A model generated the notes under the pieces. That model saw nothing but the letters and a program-made list of their open reading frames with translations, was not told the DNA's origin and did not search any database. The translations under genes and the position numbers were made by a program. Below are positions 54,802-63,363 of a DNA stretch of 64,000 nucleotides, one piece after another. The stretch's first letter is position 1. Each line of letters starts with the position of its first letter. This DNA is from Clostridia bacterium (GTDB lineage Bacteria; Bacillota; Clostridia; Christensenellales; UBA1242): contig JAFSVR010000005.1 in the NCBI GenBank assembly GCA_017444895.1, positions 1,546 to 65,545 on the forward strand, given 5' to 3'.

Positions 54802-54827
54802 AAACCAGCCAAACGGCTGGTTTTTTA
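54802..54827 (+). terminator. Terminator
   Basis: AAACCAGCC-AAAC-GGCTGGTTT followed by a T-run. Confidence 0.8.
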
Positions 54828-54855
54828 TCTTTATAAGATAAAAGCACTGAAATGT

Positions 54856-54884
54856 TTGACAGGCACATAAGAGATATTTACAAT
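54856..54884 (+). promoter_or_regulatory. Promoter TTGACA-17-TACAAT
   Basis: -35 at 54856-54861 and -10 at 54879-54884. The SD AAGGGA precedes ATG 54934. Confidence 0.6.
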
Positions 54885-54933
54885 AATATTAGAGAAAATT
54901 TATTTTTTGGATAAAATAAATAAGGGATAAGAT

Positions 54934-56715
54934 ATGTCAAAAAAACTCAAGATGATGATATTTATTTCTTCAGCAGTGGTCGTTGTTTTGATCATTGCTA
55001 TTTTGCTTCTTAGTTTAGTTGGAAATGTTTCATCTGTTGAGGTTTATGACTTTAGGGTTTGCCAAGCGCCAGAAAAAGCGGTTACGGCAACCGATATAGA
55101 TAATGTTTATACTTTTTATCTTCTAGATAAGCAAGAAAACAATTCTCATTTCTTTCTTAGCAAACAATCTGAAACGCCAACCTCTCATTATGTTTTTCAA
55201 ATTCAAGATGAAAACGGAGAGGATGTTAATGGCGTTGTTGAAATAGTAAACAAAGAAGACGGCTATTATTTTGATGCTAAAGAAGTTGGTGATGTTGTTG
55301 TTTATGTTTATCTTGAAACGGAACAAGATGGCGGGATTGTTAGGTCTTTAATAGCAAAGGATAGGGTGCGTGTTCTAAAACGACTTGCAATTGTTAACTA
55401 TAATCTTGTTAGTGCTGGCAACAACCGCATGCCTATTTTAATTGAACAGACAACAAATGGGGGGAAAAGTGCTGTGTCTTTTGCTTCTTCAAATCCTGAA
55501 GTTGCAAAAGTAGTTTCTTATAATGACTCTTATTATGTTGAGTTTTATAAAGCAGGAAACACGAAGATTACAGCATATGCAAGTTCTAACCAAGCAATTA
55601 GAGATTATTTTGATGTTAATGTTAATGGCAATGAGCCGAACGATCTTAAGTTTGTTGATGCTGACGGCAACGAGGTAACTCAAAAAACCATTTATACAGA
55701 TGGACAATATTATGAGGTTAATTATCAGTTGTTCTTGGGCGAAGGCGGGCTTTCAAGCGAGGATGGAGATGTTAACTGTGAAAATATTGAAATTGCCGAT
55801 TATTCACACGTTCCAATTTGGCTTGATGGGCTTTCTCATTTAGACAACGGAAATGATTTGCCTTCGTTTGATGGAGATGATGGCTCAGTATTGTCGGCCG
55901 TTGGCAATGGCCTTGTTCTGGATAAAGATAATAGGGTGCTCAAAATTAAAAGGACAGATAATGATAATTTCGCTGATGCGTTGGCTTATATCACTCTTCA
56001 AACATACACGCAAACGGATGGGGAAAATCATATCACAGGCACGTATTCATTGCCAATAGTGATAAAGAAGCTTATGATTAAGGCTCTTCAACTTGAAGTT
56101 TCAAACAAACCTGAGTTTAGTGATACTGAAAAGGTTGTCTACACAACATTGAGCGATGAGGAAGTTCAAGCCTTACCTTGGCCAAAAACTGCCGATGGAA
56201 AAACGGTTAATGTAACGTATATTGATAAAATTTATTTAACCAATAACGAGGTTCATTCATTCTATTATAAGCTTTGGGCAGTGTTTAACAATAGCAATCG
56301 TGAGCTTATTGATCCTAATAGTGGGTTGACATCTAACAGCAATGATGGCATTTTGGAAATTGTTGATGGTGAGCATGATCAAACCACAAATGTTATTGAA
56401 TATTATGTTGCGCAACTGAAAAATGCCACTGCAAGGGTGGGCAAGGTTATTCATTTTGAATTTACTTATGATTCAACAACTCTTGTTGTTGGTGCTTTGA
56501 GTGAAGTTAGTGCAAAAACTGACGGGGCTACAGATTCATATGTTTTAAGTTTGTCTAATGTAATGTTTAAGGATCCAGCAAAGCTTATAAAACTCAAACT
56601 ATATGAATATGACTCAGAAAGTGGGGCGTATAACTTCATTTATTGGGATGATAGGCTTCGTTCGCCTTATGAGATAACAGACGCCAGCGGTCGTGTTATA
56701 GGCTTTGCAGAATAA
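54934..56715 (+). CDS. N-terminally TM-anchored extracytoplasmic protein with a BIG2-like segment
   Basis: TM helix MIFISSAVVVVLIIAILLLSLV. ASSNPEVAKVVSYND..KAGNTKITAYAS resembles Big_2. Confidence 0.6.
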   Translation: MSKKLKMMIFISSAVVVVLIIAILLLSLVGNVSSVEVYDFRVCQAPEKAVTATDIDNVYTFYLLDKQENNSHFFLSKQSETPTSHYVFQIQDENGEDVNGVVEIVNKEDGYYFDAKEVGDVVVYVYLETEQDGGIVRSLIAKDRVRVLKRLAIVNYNLVSAGNNRMPILIEQTTNGGKSAVSFASSNPEVAKVVSYNDSYYVEFYKAGNTKITAYASSNQAIRDYFDVNVNGNEPNDLKFVDADGNEVTQKTIYTDGQYYEVNYQLFLGEGGLSSEDGDVNCENIEIADYSHVPIWLDGLSHLDNGNDLPSFDGDDGSVLSAVGNGLVLDKDNRVLKIKRTDNDNFADALAYITLQTYTQTDGENHITGTYSLPIVIKKLMIKALQLEVSNKPEFSDTEKVVYTTLSDEEVQALPWPKTADGKTVNVTYIDKIYLTNNEVHSFYYKLWAVFNNSNRELIDPNSGLTSNSNDGILEIVDGEHDQTTNVIEYYVAQLKNATARVGKVIHFEFTYDSTTLVVGALSEVSAKTDGATDSYVLSLSNVMFKDPAKLIKLKLYEYDSESGAYNFIYWDDRLRSPYEITDASGRVIGFAE

Positions 56716-56990
56716 TGGATATTTTCTTAAAACTTAAGTATGGAAACATTACAACGTTGGATGTTCATGGTAAAACCCTTGAAGATGCGCGTGCGGATGT
56801 GCTTTATATGCTCTCTTCTCTTGATTATGGCGTTGATGGTCTGCTCGTTATTCATGGCTACCACAGCGGAACAAAAATTCGCCAATGGCTTAGGCATGAG
56901 TTTGTTGACGATCGCGTTATAAAAGTTGTTAACGCTGATGCAGGGGAAACACTATTGCTTTTAACAGAAAATTTAGCAAAATACCAATAA
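56715..56990 (+). CDS. Small stand-alone Smr-domain protein
   Basis: LDVHGKTLEDARADV...LLVIHGYHSGTKIRQWL fits the Smr pattern (DLHG..EA...vIHGkG.g.L). The start overlaps the upstream stop (TAATG). Confidence 0.65.
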   Translation: MDIFLKLKYGNITTLDVHGKTLEDARADVLYMLSSLDYGVDGLLVIHGYHSGTKIRQWLRHEFVDDRVIKVVNADAGETLLLLTENLAKYQ

Positions 56991-57057
56991 TTTTTAGAAA
57001 AGTATAGCAATTTTGGAAATTGTGTGTTATAATCGTATTAACATAAGGAGAGTAATT

Positions 57058-57240
57058 ATGGGATTAAGTAAGAAAGCAATGATTATTGGGGTTGTGTTAA
57101 CATTGGTTTGCGCAATCGTTGGAGTTGTTTGCGTTTGTCTTCTTCCAACAACTTTCACATGGATTATGCTTGGCGCCATTCTTGCCCTTAGCATTTTCCA
57201 AGCTGTTGTTTTGTTCCTTGCAGCAAAGAAAAGCAAATAA
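57058..57240 (+). CDS. Small (60 aa) two-TM membrane protein
   Basis: ATG 57058 follows AAGGAGAG. There are two hydrophobic helices. The track's longer start lacks an SD. Confidence 0.45.
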   Translation: MGLSKKAMIIGVVLTLVCAIVGVVCVCLLPTTFTWIMLGAILALSIFQAVVLFLAAKKSK

Positions 57241-57258
57241 CAAGAAAAACAAAGAATG

Positions 57259-57280
57259 CTCGGCACGGCCGAGTTTTTTG
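57259..57280 (+). terminator. Terminator
   Basis: CTCGGC-ACG-GCCGAG followed by T6. Confidence 0.75.
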
Positions 57281-57325
57281 TTTGAAAAAATTTTATTGGG
57301 GCATACTTGTTTTTAAGGAGATAGG

Positions 57326-57904
57326 ATGGAAGGAAAGAACACTGGTGCTGTTATAGCCTCAATTTTTGTTATTATTCTTAGTGCAATAATTGGCAGTTGC
57401 TTTATGGCGTTTGTTTATGCTGAAAAGAAGGTTGTGGTTAATAACCCCAAAATATATACTAGCGAATCAATATCTGTTGCAAATTCAGATGGACAAGAAC
57501 TGGAAACGCTTAAACTGAGCAAGTCTGCGCTAGGGATCAAGCCCGTAACCAGTGAAGATGATAGTGAAACATTAATTCCGTATAGCGTAACTAGTTCGGT
57601 TGGAAGTGAGGGCCTATACGCATCATTTTTTGTTAAGGCTTCAGTGCCGTGGAGATTGGTTGTCAGGGACGTTGTTGTTAGTTCATCTGGTAATGCCGAA
57701 AAAGAAAGGGAACATATAATGGTTGGGCTTGAAGATGTTAAGCATAGCGCGAAAAACTTAACAGAAGACGAAGTTGTTTTGTATGATGGAAATGCTGGGC
57801 AAGAATATAGAAAGTTTAATTTATTTGTTTGGCTACACAGCCATTCCGGGCAAGACTTGATTGGCGCACAAATCAGCTTTAATCTATATTTTCAGCAGGC
57901 TTAG
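57326..57904 (+). CDS. Hypothetical N-terminally TM-anchored protein (192 aa)
   Basis: SD is AAGGAGA. TM helix AVIASIFVIILSAIIGSCFMAFV. No motif recognised. Confidence 0.55.
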   Translation: MEGKNTGAVIASIFVIILSAIIGSCFMAFVYAEKKVVVNNPKIYTSESISVANSDGQELETLKLSKSALGIKPVTSEDDSETLIPYSVTSSVGSEGLYASFFVKASVPWRLVVRDVVVSSSGNAEKEREHIMVGLEDVKHSAKNLTEDEVVLYDGNAGQEYRKFNLFVWLHSHSGQDLIGAQISFNLYFQQA

Positions 57905-57936
57905 TTAAATATCTGTTTTTTGCACAAACTAGCTTT

Positions 57937-59454
57937 ATGAAGCTAAATGGTTTTGCAAAAGGCACAATAACGTTGTGTGCACTGATGGTTATATCCAAGG
58001 CCATTGGTGCTTTTTATCGTCTTCCATTAACTTATATTTTGGGTGCAACGGGCATGGGAGTGTATCAAACAATTTTTCCTGTTTACAGCCTTCTTCTTGC
58101 TGTTTCTAGTTCAGCAGCCCCGCAAGCGCTTTCAAAGTTAATTAGTGAAAAACACGCAAAATGTGATTATGTGGGTGAACGGCAAATCATGATTTGTGGA
58201 ACTATTTGGCTTGCAGTATTTGGGTCTATTTGTTCGCTATTGATATTCATATTGGCCAAGAATCTAAGCTGTTTTCAGGGCAATGAAAGCATTTTTATCT
58301 GTTATTATGCAATTAGCCCGGCAATTATTTTAACAGCGCTTATATGCGCATATAGGGGATATTATCAAGGGCATCAAAACATGCTTCCAACGGGAATAAG
58401 CAACTTAGTTGAACAAGTTGTTAAACTTGTGCTGGGATTGGTTTTTGCCAAACTTTTAATAGCTCGTGGCATTATATGGGGCGTTTTTGGAGCTCTTTTG
58501 GGTGTTGCGGCATCTGAGTTTATTGCGCTTATCTATCTTTCAATTAAATTCTTTTTCTTTAACCATAATAAGCAGTCAACTATATGTGGATTAAACTTCA
58601 AGCATTGCTCAGCCTCTTTGTTTAGGGTGTGCTTGCCAATAACGATAGGGGGAATCATTTTTCCACTTGTTCAGTTTATAGATAGTGGGCTTATTGTTAA
58701 TCTTTTGGTTAAAGGCGGGGTAAGTGTTCAGCGTGCAACTGCATATTTTGGGCTTTCTAGCGGAGCGGTTGGATCCCTTGTTAATCTTCCAGTTGTTATA
58801 AGTTTGTCGATTAGTAGTGCTGTTTTGCCATCAATATCAGCAAACAAAGCAGTAAAAAACCAAGAAAAGGTTAAAGAGGTTTCAACGAGGGGGCTTTTGC
58901 AGGTTTTATTTTTGGTTATCCCTTGTGCGATTGGTTTGTTTGTGTTTAGTGATGAATTTATTTCAATACTATACGCTAAAGCGCTCACGGCGGAAGAGTT
59001 GGATGTCTGTTCAAGATTGCTTCAAATTGGCGCGCCAGGTGTCATTTTTCTCGGAATTTTGCAGGTTTTGAGTAGTGTTTTACAAGGACAAGGGCGCTAT
59101 TACATTCCAGTTATTGCAATTTTACTTGGAGCAATTGTTAAAGTGGTTTTGAACATTAGTCTTGTTCAAAATGTTAATATTAATATTTTTGGTGATCAAA
59201 TTGCCAATGTTAGTTGTTATTTGTTGGCCTCTGTGTTTTGTTATATTTTTGCAAGTAAGCAAATAAAAGCCAGTTTTTGGCGTGAATTTGCAAAAATTTT
59301 TGTTGTTTCTGCATTTTTTGGTCTTTCCTTGTATGGAATTAGTTGCTTGGCATTTATAAGCAATGTTTATTTATTGCTTGTTGCAATTGCCATCGTTGCT
59401 GTTCTATATCTTTTTGTTGGGTATAAACTTTTTGTTAAAAAATGGTTAGAATAG
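57937..59454 (+). CDS. MOP-superfamily oligosaccharide/lipid II flippase (MurJ/SpoVB-like polysaccharide biosynthesis protein)
   Basis: About 14 TM helices. The N-terminal ISKAIGAFYRLPL motif is typical of MurJ/SpoVB-type proteins. Confidence 0.8.
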   Translation: MKLNGFAKGTITLCALMVISKAIGAFYRLPLTYILGATGMGVYQTIFPVYSLLLAVSSSAAPQALSKLISEKHAKCDYVGERQIMICGTIWLAVFGSICSLLIFILAKNLSCFQGNESIFICYYAISPAIILTALICAYRGYYQGHQNMLPTGISNLVEQVVKLVLGLVFAKLLIARGIIWGVFGALLGVAASEFIALIYLSIKFFFFNHNKQSTICGLNFKHCSASLFRVCLPITIGGIIFPLVQFIDSGLIVNLLVKGGVSVQRATAYFGLSSGAVGSLVNLPVVISLSISSAVLPSISANKAVKNQEKVKEVSTRGLLQVLFLVIPCAIGLFVFSDEFISILYAKALTAEELDVCSRLLQIGAPGVIFLGILQVLSSVLQGQGRYYIPVIAILLGAIVKVVLNISLVQNVNINIFGDQIANVSCYLLASVFCYIFASKQIKASFWREFAKIFVVSAFFGLSLYGISCLAFISNVYLLLVAIAIVAVLYLFVGYKLFVKKWLE

Positions 59455-59462
59455 AAAAAGTA

Positions 59463-59492
59463 TTGTCAAAATTAATAAATAAATGTTAAAAT
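59463..59492 (+). promoter_or_regulatory. Promoter TTGTCA-18-TGtTAAAAT, 7 nt upstream of the dusB ATG (leaderless candidate)
   Basis: -35 at 59463-59468 and -10 at 59487-59492. AAATCAT and then ATG 59500 follow. No SD. Confidence 0.5.
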
Positions 59493-59499
59493 AAATCAT

Positions 59500-60462
59500 A
59501 TGAAACAGAATGGATTTAATATTGGCAATGTTAAGGCAGAAAACAATCTTTTTCTTGCCCCGATGGCGGGGTTTAGCGATGTTGGTTTTCGTTCACTTTG
59601 CAAGAAGTTTGGCGCAGGGTGGACTGAAACTGAAATGATAAGCGCGAAAGCATTGCTTTATAATAATGAAAAAACAAAAAGGATGCTTGCGTGTGCAAGC
59701 AACGAGAAACCAAAGATTGTTCAGCTCTTTGGTCATGAACCGGAAGTTTTTGCAAAAGTTGTTTCCAGCGGGGTGCTATCTTCCTTTGATGTTATTGACA
59801 TTAACATGGGATGCCCAGCACCAAAGATTTATAATAATGGTGATGGCTGTGCACTTATGAAAAACCCTGCTCTTGCACAGAAAATTATTGAGGCAGTTGT
59901 GGGTTCAACAGATAAGCCCGTTATGGTTAAATTTAGGTCTGGCGTTGATGATAAGCACCTGAACTATCTTGAATTTGCAAAAATGTGTGAAAATGCGGGG
60001 GCTTCAGCTGTTGTTTTGCATCCGAGAACTCGTGAACAGTTTTATGCAAACCACTCAAATTGGGAGCATATAAGAGAAGTTGCAGACAGTGTTTCAATTC
60101 CTGTTATCGCTAGTGGCGATGTTAAATCAAGGGCTGATTATGCTAATCTTATTGAAAATTATGGTGCAAGTGGGGTTATGATTGGGCGAGGGGCCCTTGG
60201 AAACCCTAATATTTTCTGCGAATGCATGGGGAAGGAAAACTCACAAGACAAGTATAAATCGCTTATGTATATTCAAAAAACACTTCTGAAATATTTTGAA
60301 GAGGGGTATGTGCTAGGGCAGATGAGAGCCCATCTTGTGCATTTTGTTAAAAATATCCCGTGTGCAGCAGAAACCAAGGTTAAGCTTCTTAAAATAGAAA
60401 CGCTAAAGGAACTTAACAAAGAATTAAGAAATGTTCTAAAAAATGCAAAAACGGTGTTATGA
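59500..60462 (+). CDS. dusB: tRNA-dihydrouridine synthase
   Basis: LAPMAGFSD, INMGCP and KFRSG motifs of the Dus family. Confidence 0.9.
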   Translation: MKQNGFNIGNVKAENNLFLAPMAGFSDVGFRSLCKKFGAGWTETEMISAKALLYNNEKTKRMLACASNEKPKIVQLFGHEPEVFAKVVSSGVLSSFDVIDINMGCPAPKIYNNGDGCALMKNPALAQKIIEAVVGSTDKPVMVKFRSGVDDKHLNYLEFAKMCENAGASAVVLHPRTREQFYANHSNWEHIREVADSVSIPVIASGDVKSRADYANLIENYGASGVMIGRGALGNPNIFCECMGKENSQDKYKSLMYIQKTLLKYFEEGYVLGQMRAHLVHFVKNIPCAAETKVKLLKIETLKELNKELRNVLKNAKTVL

Positions 60463-60540
60463 TAGACATAATATACTAATTTTTCTTGCAAAATAGCGTT
60501 TTTTGCAAAAGCTAGCAAACAAACACATCGGTTAAATTAT

Positions 60541-60569
60541 TTGACACTTTTTTGCAGAAAGGATATAAT
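60541..60569 (+). promoter_or_regulatory. Promoter TTGACA-17-TATAAT for rubrerythrin
   Basis: -35 at 60541-60546 and -10 at 60564-60569. The leader carries AAAGGAGA. Confidence 0.65.
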
Positions 60570-60596
60570 TATGGTAGTTAACAAAGGAGATTAAAT

Positions 60597-61130
60597 ATGG
60601 AATTAAAAGGATCAAGAACAGAACAAAATTTAAGGGCAGCATTTGCTGGTGAGAGCCAGGCGAGAAATAAGTATACTTATTTTGCAAGTGTTGCAAAGAA
60701 AGAAGGATATGAGCAGATAAGCGAGATATTCACGAAAACTGCTGAAAACGAAAAGGAACATGCTAAAATGTGGTTCAAGGAACTAGGCGAGTTGCAAACA
60801 ACAGCAAAAAACCTTGAAGCTGCTGCTGATGGTGAGAACTATGAGTGGACAGATATGTATGAAAATTTTGCAAAAGTTGCTGAGGAAGAGGGCTTTGCTA
60901 GCATAGCATTTAAGTTCAGAGCTGTTGCTAAAATTGAAAAAGCACACGAGGAGCGCTATAGAAAACTTCTGAAAAATGTTGAAATGCAAAAAGTGTTTGA
61001 GAAGAGCGAGGAAACAATGTGGGAATGCCGCAACTGTGGGCACTTGGTTATTGGCAAAAAGGCTCCAGAAGTTTGCCCTGTTTGTGCTCATCCTCAAAGC
61101 TATTTTGAGGTTAGGAAGGAGAACTACTAA
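60597..61130 (+). CDS. rbr: Rubrerythrin
   Basis: Ferritin-like diiron ExxH motifs ([16 protein letters not shown]) and a C-terminal rubredoxin-like CRNCG..CPVCAHP. Confidence 0.9.
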   Translation: MELKGSRTEQNLRAAFAGESQARNKYTYFASVAKKEGYEQISEIFTKTAENEKEHAKMWFKELGELQTTAKNLEAAADGENYEWTDMYENFAKVAEEEGFASIAFKFRAVAKIEKAHEERYRKLLKNVEMQKVFEKSEETMWECRNCGHLVIGKKAPEVCPVCAHPQSYFEVRKENY

Positions 61131-61133
61131 TCA

Positions 61134-61400
61134 ATGGAAACATATAACGGCCCAATTTGTCAGAGCTGTGGCATGCCACTGACGAGTGATGATCTTTTAG
61201 GTAGAAATAAAGATGGAAGCGTAAATAAGGACTATTGCAAGTATTGTTATGATAATGGTGAATTCCTGCATAAAGTTTCAATGGAAGAGTTCGTTGATAT
61301 GTGTTCACAATTTGGTGAGCAGGCGGGGATGACCAATGAACAAATGAGAGAGTTTTGTGAAAAAATGTTTCCAACGCTCAAAAGGTGGAAAAAATCTTAA
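61134..61400 (+). CDS. Zinc-ribbon domain protein
   Basis: CQSCGMP..DYCKYCY four-Cys motif. The gene starts 3 nt after the rbr stop. Confidence 0.6.
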   Translation: METYNGPICQSCGMPLTSDDLLGRNKDGSVNKDYCKYCYDNGEFLHKVSMEEFVDMCSQFGEQAGMTNEQMREFCEKMFPTLKRWKKS

Positions 61401-61440
61401 AAAAACAAATGGCTTGCACTAAGCAAGTCATTTGTTCTTG
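61400..61440. terminator. Bidirectional terminator
   Basis: ACAAATGGCTTGC-ACTAA-GCAAGTCATTTGT (13 bp, one G.U), between convergent genes. Confidence 0.75.
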
Positions 61441-61985
61441 GTGTCAATAAATGTAAAATTTGTGCTTTCAAAACTCACTTGAACCCATTTGTCTTTAAGA
61501 TTATGGTGCCCATAATAAAAGACTTTTGCTGTTTGTGGTGAGTTGCTTTTTTCGGTTATATATTCAATCTCAAAAAAGCTGAAACCAAGAATGTTGAGTA
61601 GCGGGTTAATATAGAAGATTTTGTTGTGTATATAAACGATGCCAATTATGGCTAGTATAATGATTGTTGTTGCAAACATTGCCATTTTTGAAATGTCAAA
61701 GCCAAGCGTGAATAGAATAAAAACAGAAATATAACTAAAAAAGTGTTGGTCAGTTATGTTTGTAGAAGAAATAACTTTTATTTTTATTACGTTTTTAGGT
61801 GCCCGCTTAAGGTAATAAATCAAGCCAACAACACCCCAAATTGTTGCCGAAGAAAATATAACAAGGCTGATGGTGTTAAGGGCATTTAGAGTTCGGTTTC
61901 CATTTATTATTTCAAGGATGTTTTGCAATATAAGAAGAATATACATGGGAACAAAAGCGCTGAAATATAGTGAAAGGGATTTCAT
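61428..61985 (-). CDS. Hypothetical membrane protein (about 5 TM) with a short soluble C-terminal domain
   Basis: Intact ORF with hydrophobic helices. No motif recognised. Confidence 0.55.
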   Translation of the reverse strand: MKSLSLYFSAFVPMYILLILQNILEIINGNRTLNALNTISLVIFSSATIWGVVGLIYYLKRAPKNVIKIKVISSTNITDQHFFSYISVFILFTLGFDISKMAMFATTIIILAIIGIVYIHNKIFYINPLLNILGFSFFEIEYITEKSNSPQTAKVFYYGHHNLKDKWVQVSFESTNFTFIDTKNK

Positions 61986-62002
61986 AATTAAATTTTTACC
62001 TA

Positions 62003-62037
62003 AAAAAAATAGTCTTAAACAATAAGACTATTTTTTG
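62003..62037 (-). terminator. Terminator-like hairpin after the DUF362 gene
   Basis: AAAATAGTCTTA-AACAA-TAAGACTATTTT (12-bp perfect stem). It overlaps the stop codon region. Confidence 0.6.
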
Positions 62038-63206
62038 TTACGCTTAAGTTGTTTTCTCTGGATAATTTTATACCCTATAGGCGTTCGAACTTTAACAACA
62101 TGGAAGGGGCATAGTTCTTGGCAACAGAAGCAAGAAATGCATTGTTTGTAGTCAATTTTAGCAAATTTTGTTCCATTCTTACGGTTTTTTATTGAAATTG
62201 CTTTGTTTGGACAATGGTTTTTGCATTTTTCACAGCCCTTGCATTGTTTTGCTTGTATTATTGGAACTTTTTTGAAAAATCTGTTAAAAACTGGTTGAAG
62301 CCATTTGGGGATCACGTGTGCGGATGAGTCCATGGCAACTTTAATATTTTTGAAATTAGGAATTATCATTGATTCAAGAGGTTCGCCAATAACTTTCAAA
62401 TCGTATGATTCAATAATGCCTCGTTCCTTTGCGCATACCAGAAGTGGGGACTCGTTTGGTTCGAGGCCCATAAGTAGGGCTTCACAAATATCGCATGCAT
62501 ATGCATTTGGCGCTCCAATAAGACAGTTGCAGGCGATTGGTGTTCCGCTTGTTGGCCCCGGGCCCTCCATACCAACAATGCCATCAATAATGTTAAATAC
62601 AAGTTTGTTTTTAACTGCGCGTTCAACATCAATAAGGAAGTCGCAGAAGTCGTGAATTTTTGGATAATTTGCGTGCATTTGCGTTTTTATTAAGCCAGGG
62701 ATAAGGCCGAAAAGATTTTTAACAGCCCCAGTGTGGCCGGTTAACGAATGGCTTTTGAATTTTGTGCAGTTAATGATTATGTCTGCGCTTGTTGCTGCAT
62801 CAATAATCTCAATGTTTTTTGCCATTTTTCCATCTTCAACATAAACAAGGTTGGAGTTAAAATTGTCATTTAATTCTGCGCCACTATTTTTTGTTGCATC
62901 AGTTATTTGGCAAACATTGTATACAGCGGAAACATGTTGCCTATTGAAGAACACGGCAGGACTGTCGCCAACAATGCATTTTGCACCTTGCTGAGTTATT
63001 AGTTTTGCCAGTTCTTCAACAACAACTGGGTTGGTGGTGCAGGCCTTTTTGGGATTATATTTTTCAACAAGGTTTATCTTCAAAAACACGGTTGTGTTTG
63101 GTTTTACGATTTTGTCAATTCCGCCAAAGTCGTCAAAGATCTGAGATAGGGCGGTTCTTACTTGGTTATTATCGTAGCTTGTGCATTTGTGAAGGGATAC
63201 TTCCAT
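62028..63206 (-). CDS. DUF362 domain protein with a C-terminal 2x[4Fe-4S] ferredoxin domain
   Basis: CKGCEKCKNHCP and CISCFCCQELCP cluster motifs. ATG 63206 follows GGAGAA. Confidence 0.75.
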   Translation of the reverse strand: MEVSLHKCTSYDNNQVRTALSQIFDDFGGIDKIVKPNTTVFLKINLVEKYNPKKACTTNPVVVEELAKLITQQGAKCIVGDSPAVFFNRQHVSAVYNVCQITDATKNSGAELNDNFNSNLVYVEDGKMAKNIEIIDAATSADIIINCTKFKSHSLTGHTGAVKNLFGLIPGLIKTQMHANYPKIHDFCDFLIDVERAVKNKLVFNIIDGIVGMEGPGPTSGTPIACNCLIGAPNAYACDICEALLMGLEPNESPLLVCAKERGIIESYDLKVIGEPLESMIIPNFKNIKVAMDSSAHVIPKWLQPVFNRFFKKVPIIQAKQCKGCEKCKNHCPNKAISIKNRKNGTKFAKIDYKQCISCFCCQELCPFHVVKVRTPIGYKIIQRKQLKRNKK

Positions 63207-63363
63207 TTTTATTTCTCCTATTCTTAGTATATCAAAAACCAAGTAAAGTGTAAAGTTAAATAGTCTTTTAGATGCTTCCATACGAAGCTAATAAAAACGC
63301 AATTTATATTGCCAAAGTGTTAAAACACATAGAAAAAATGGAAATTATGCCAGACATAGCATA

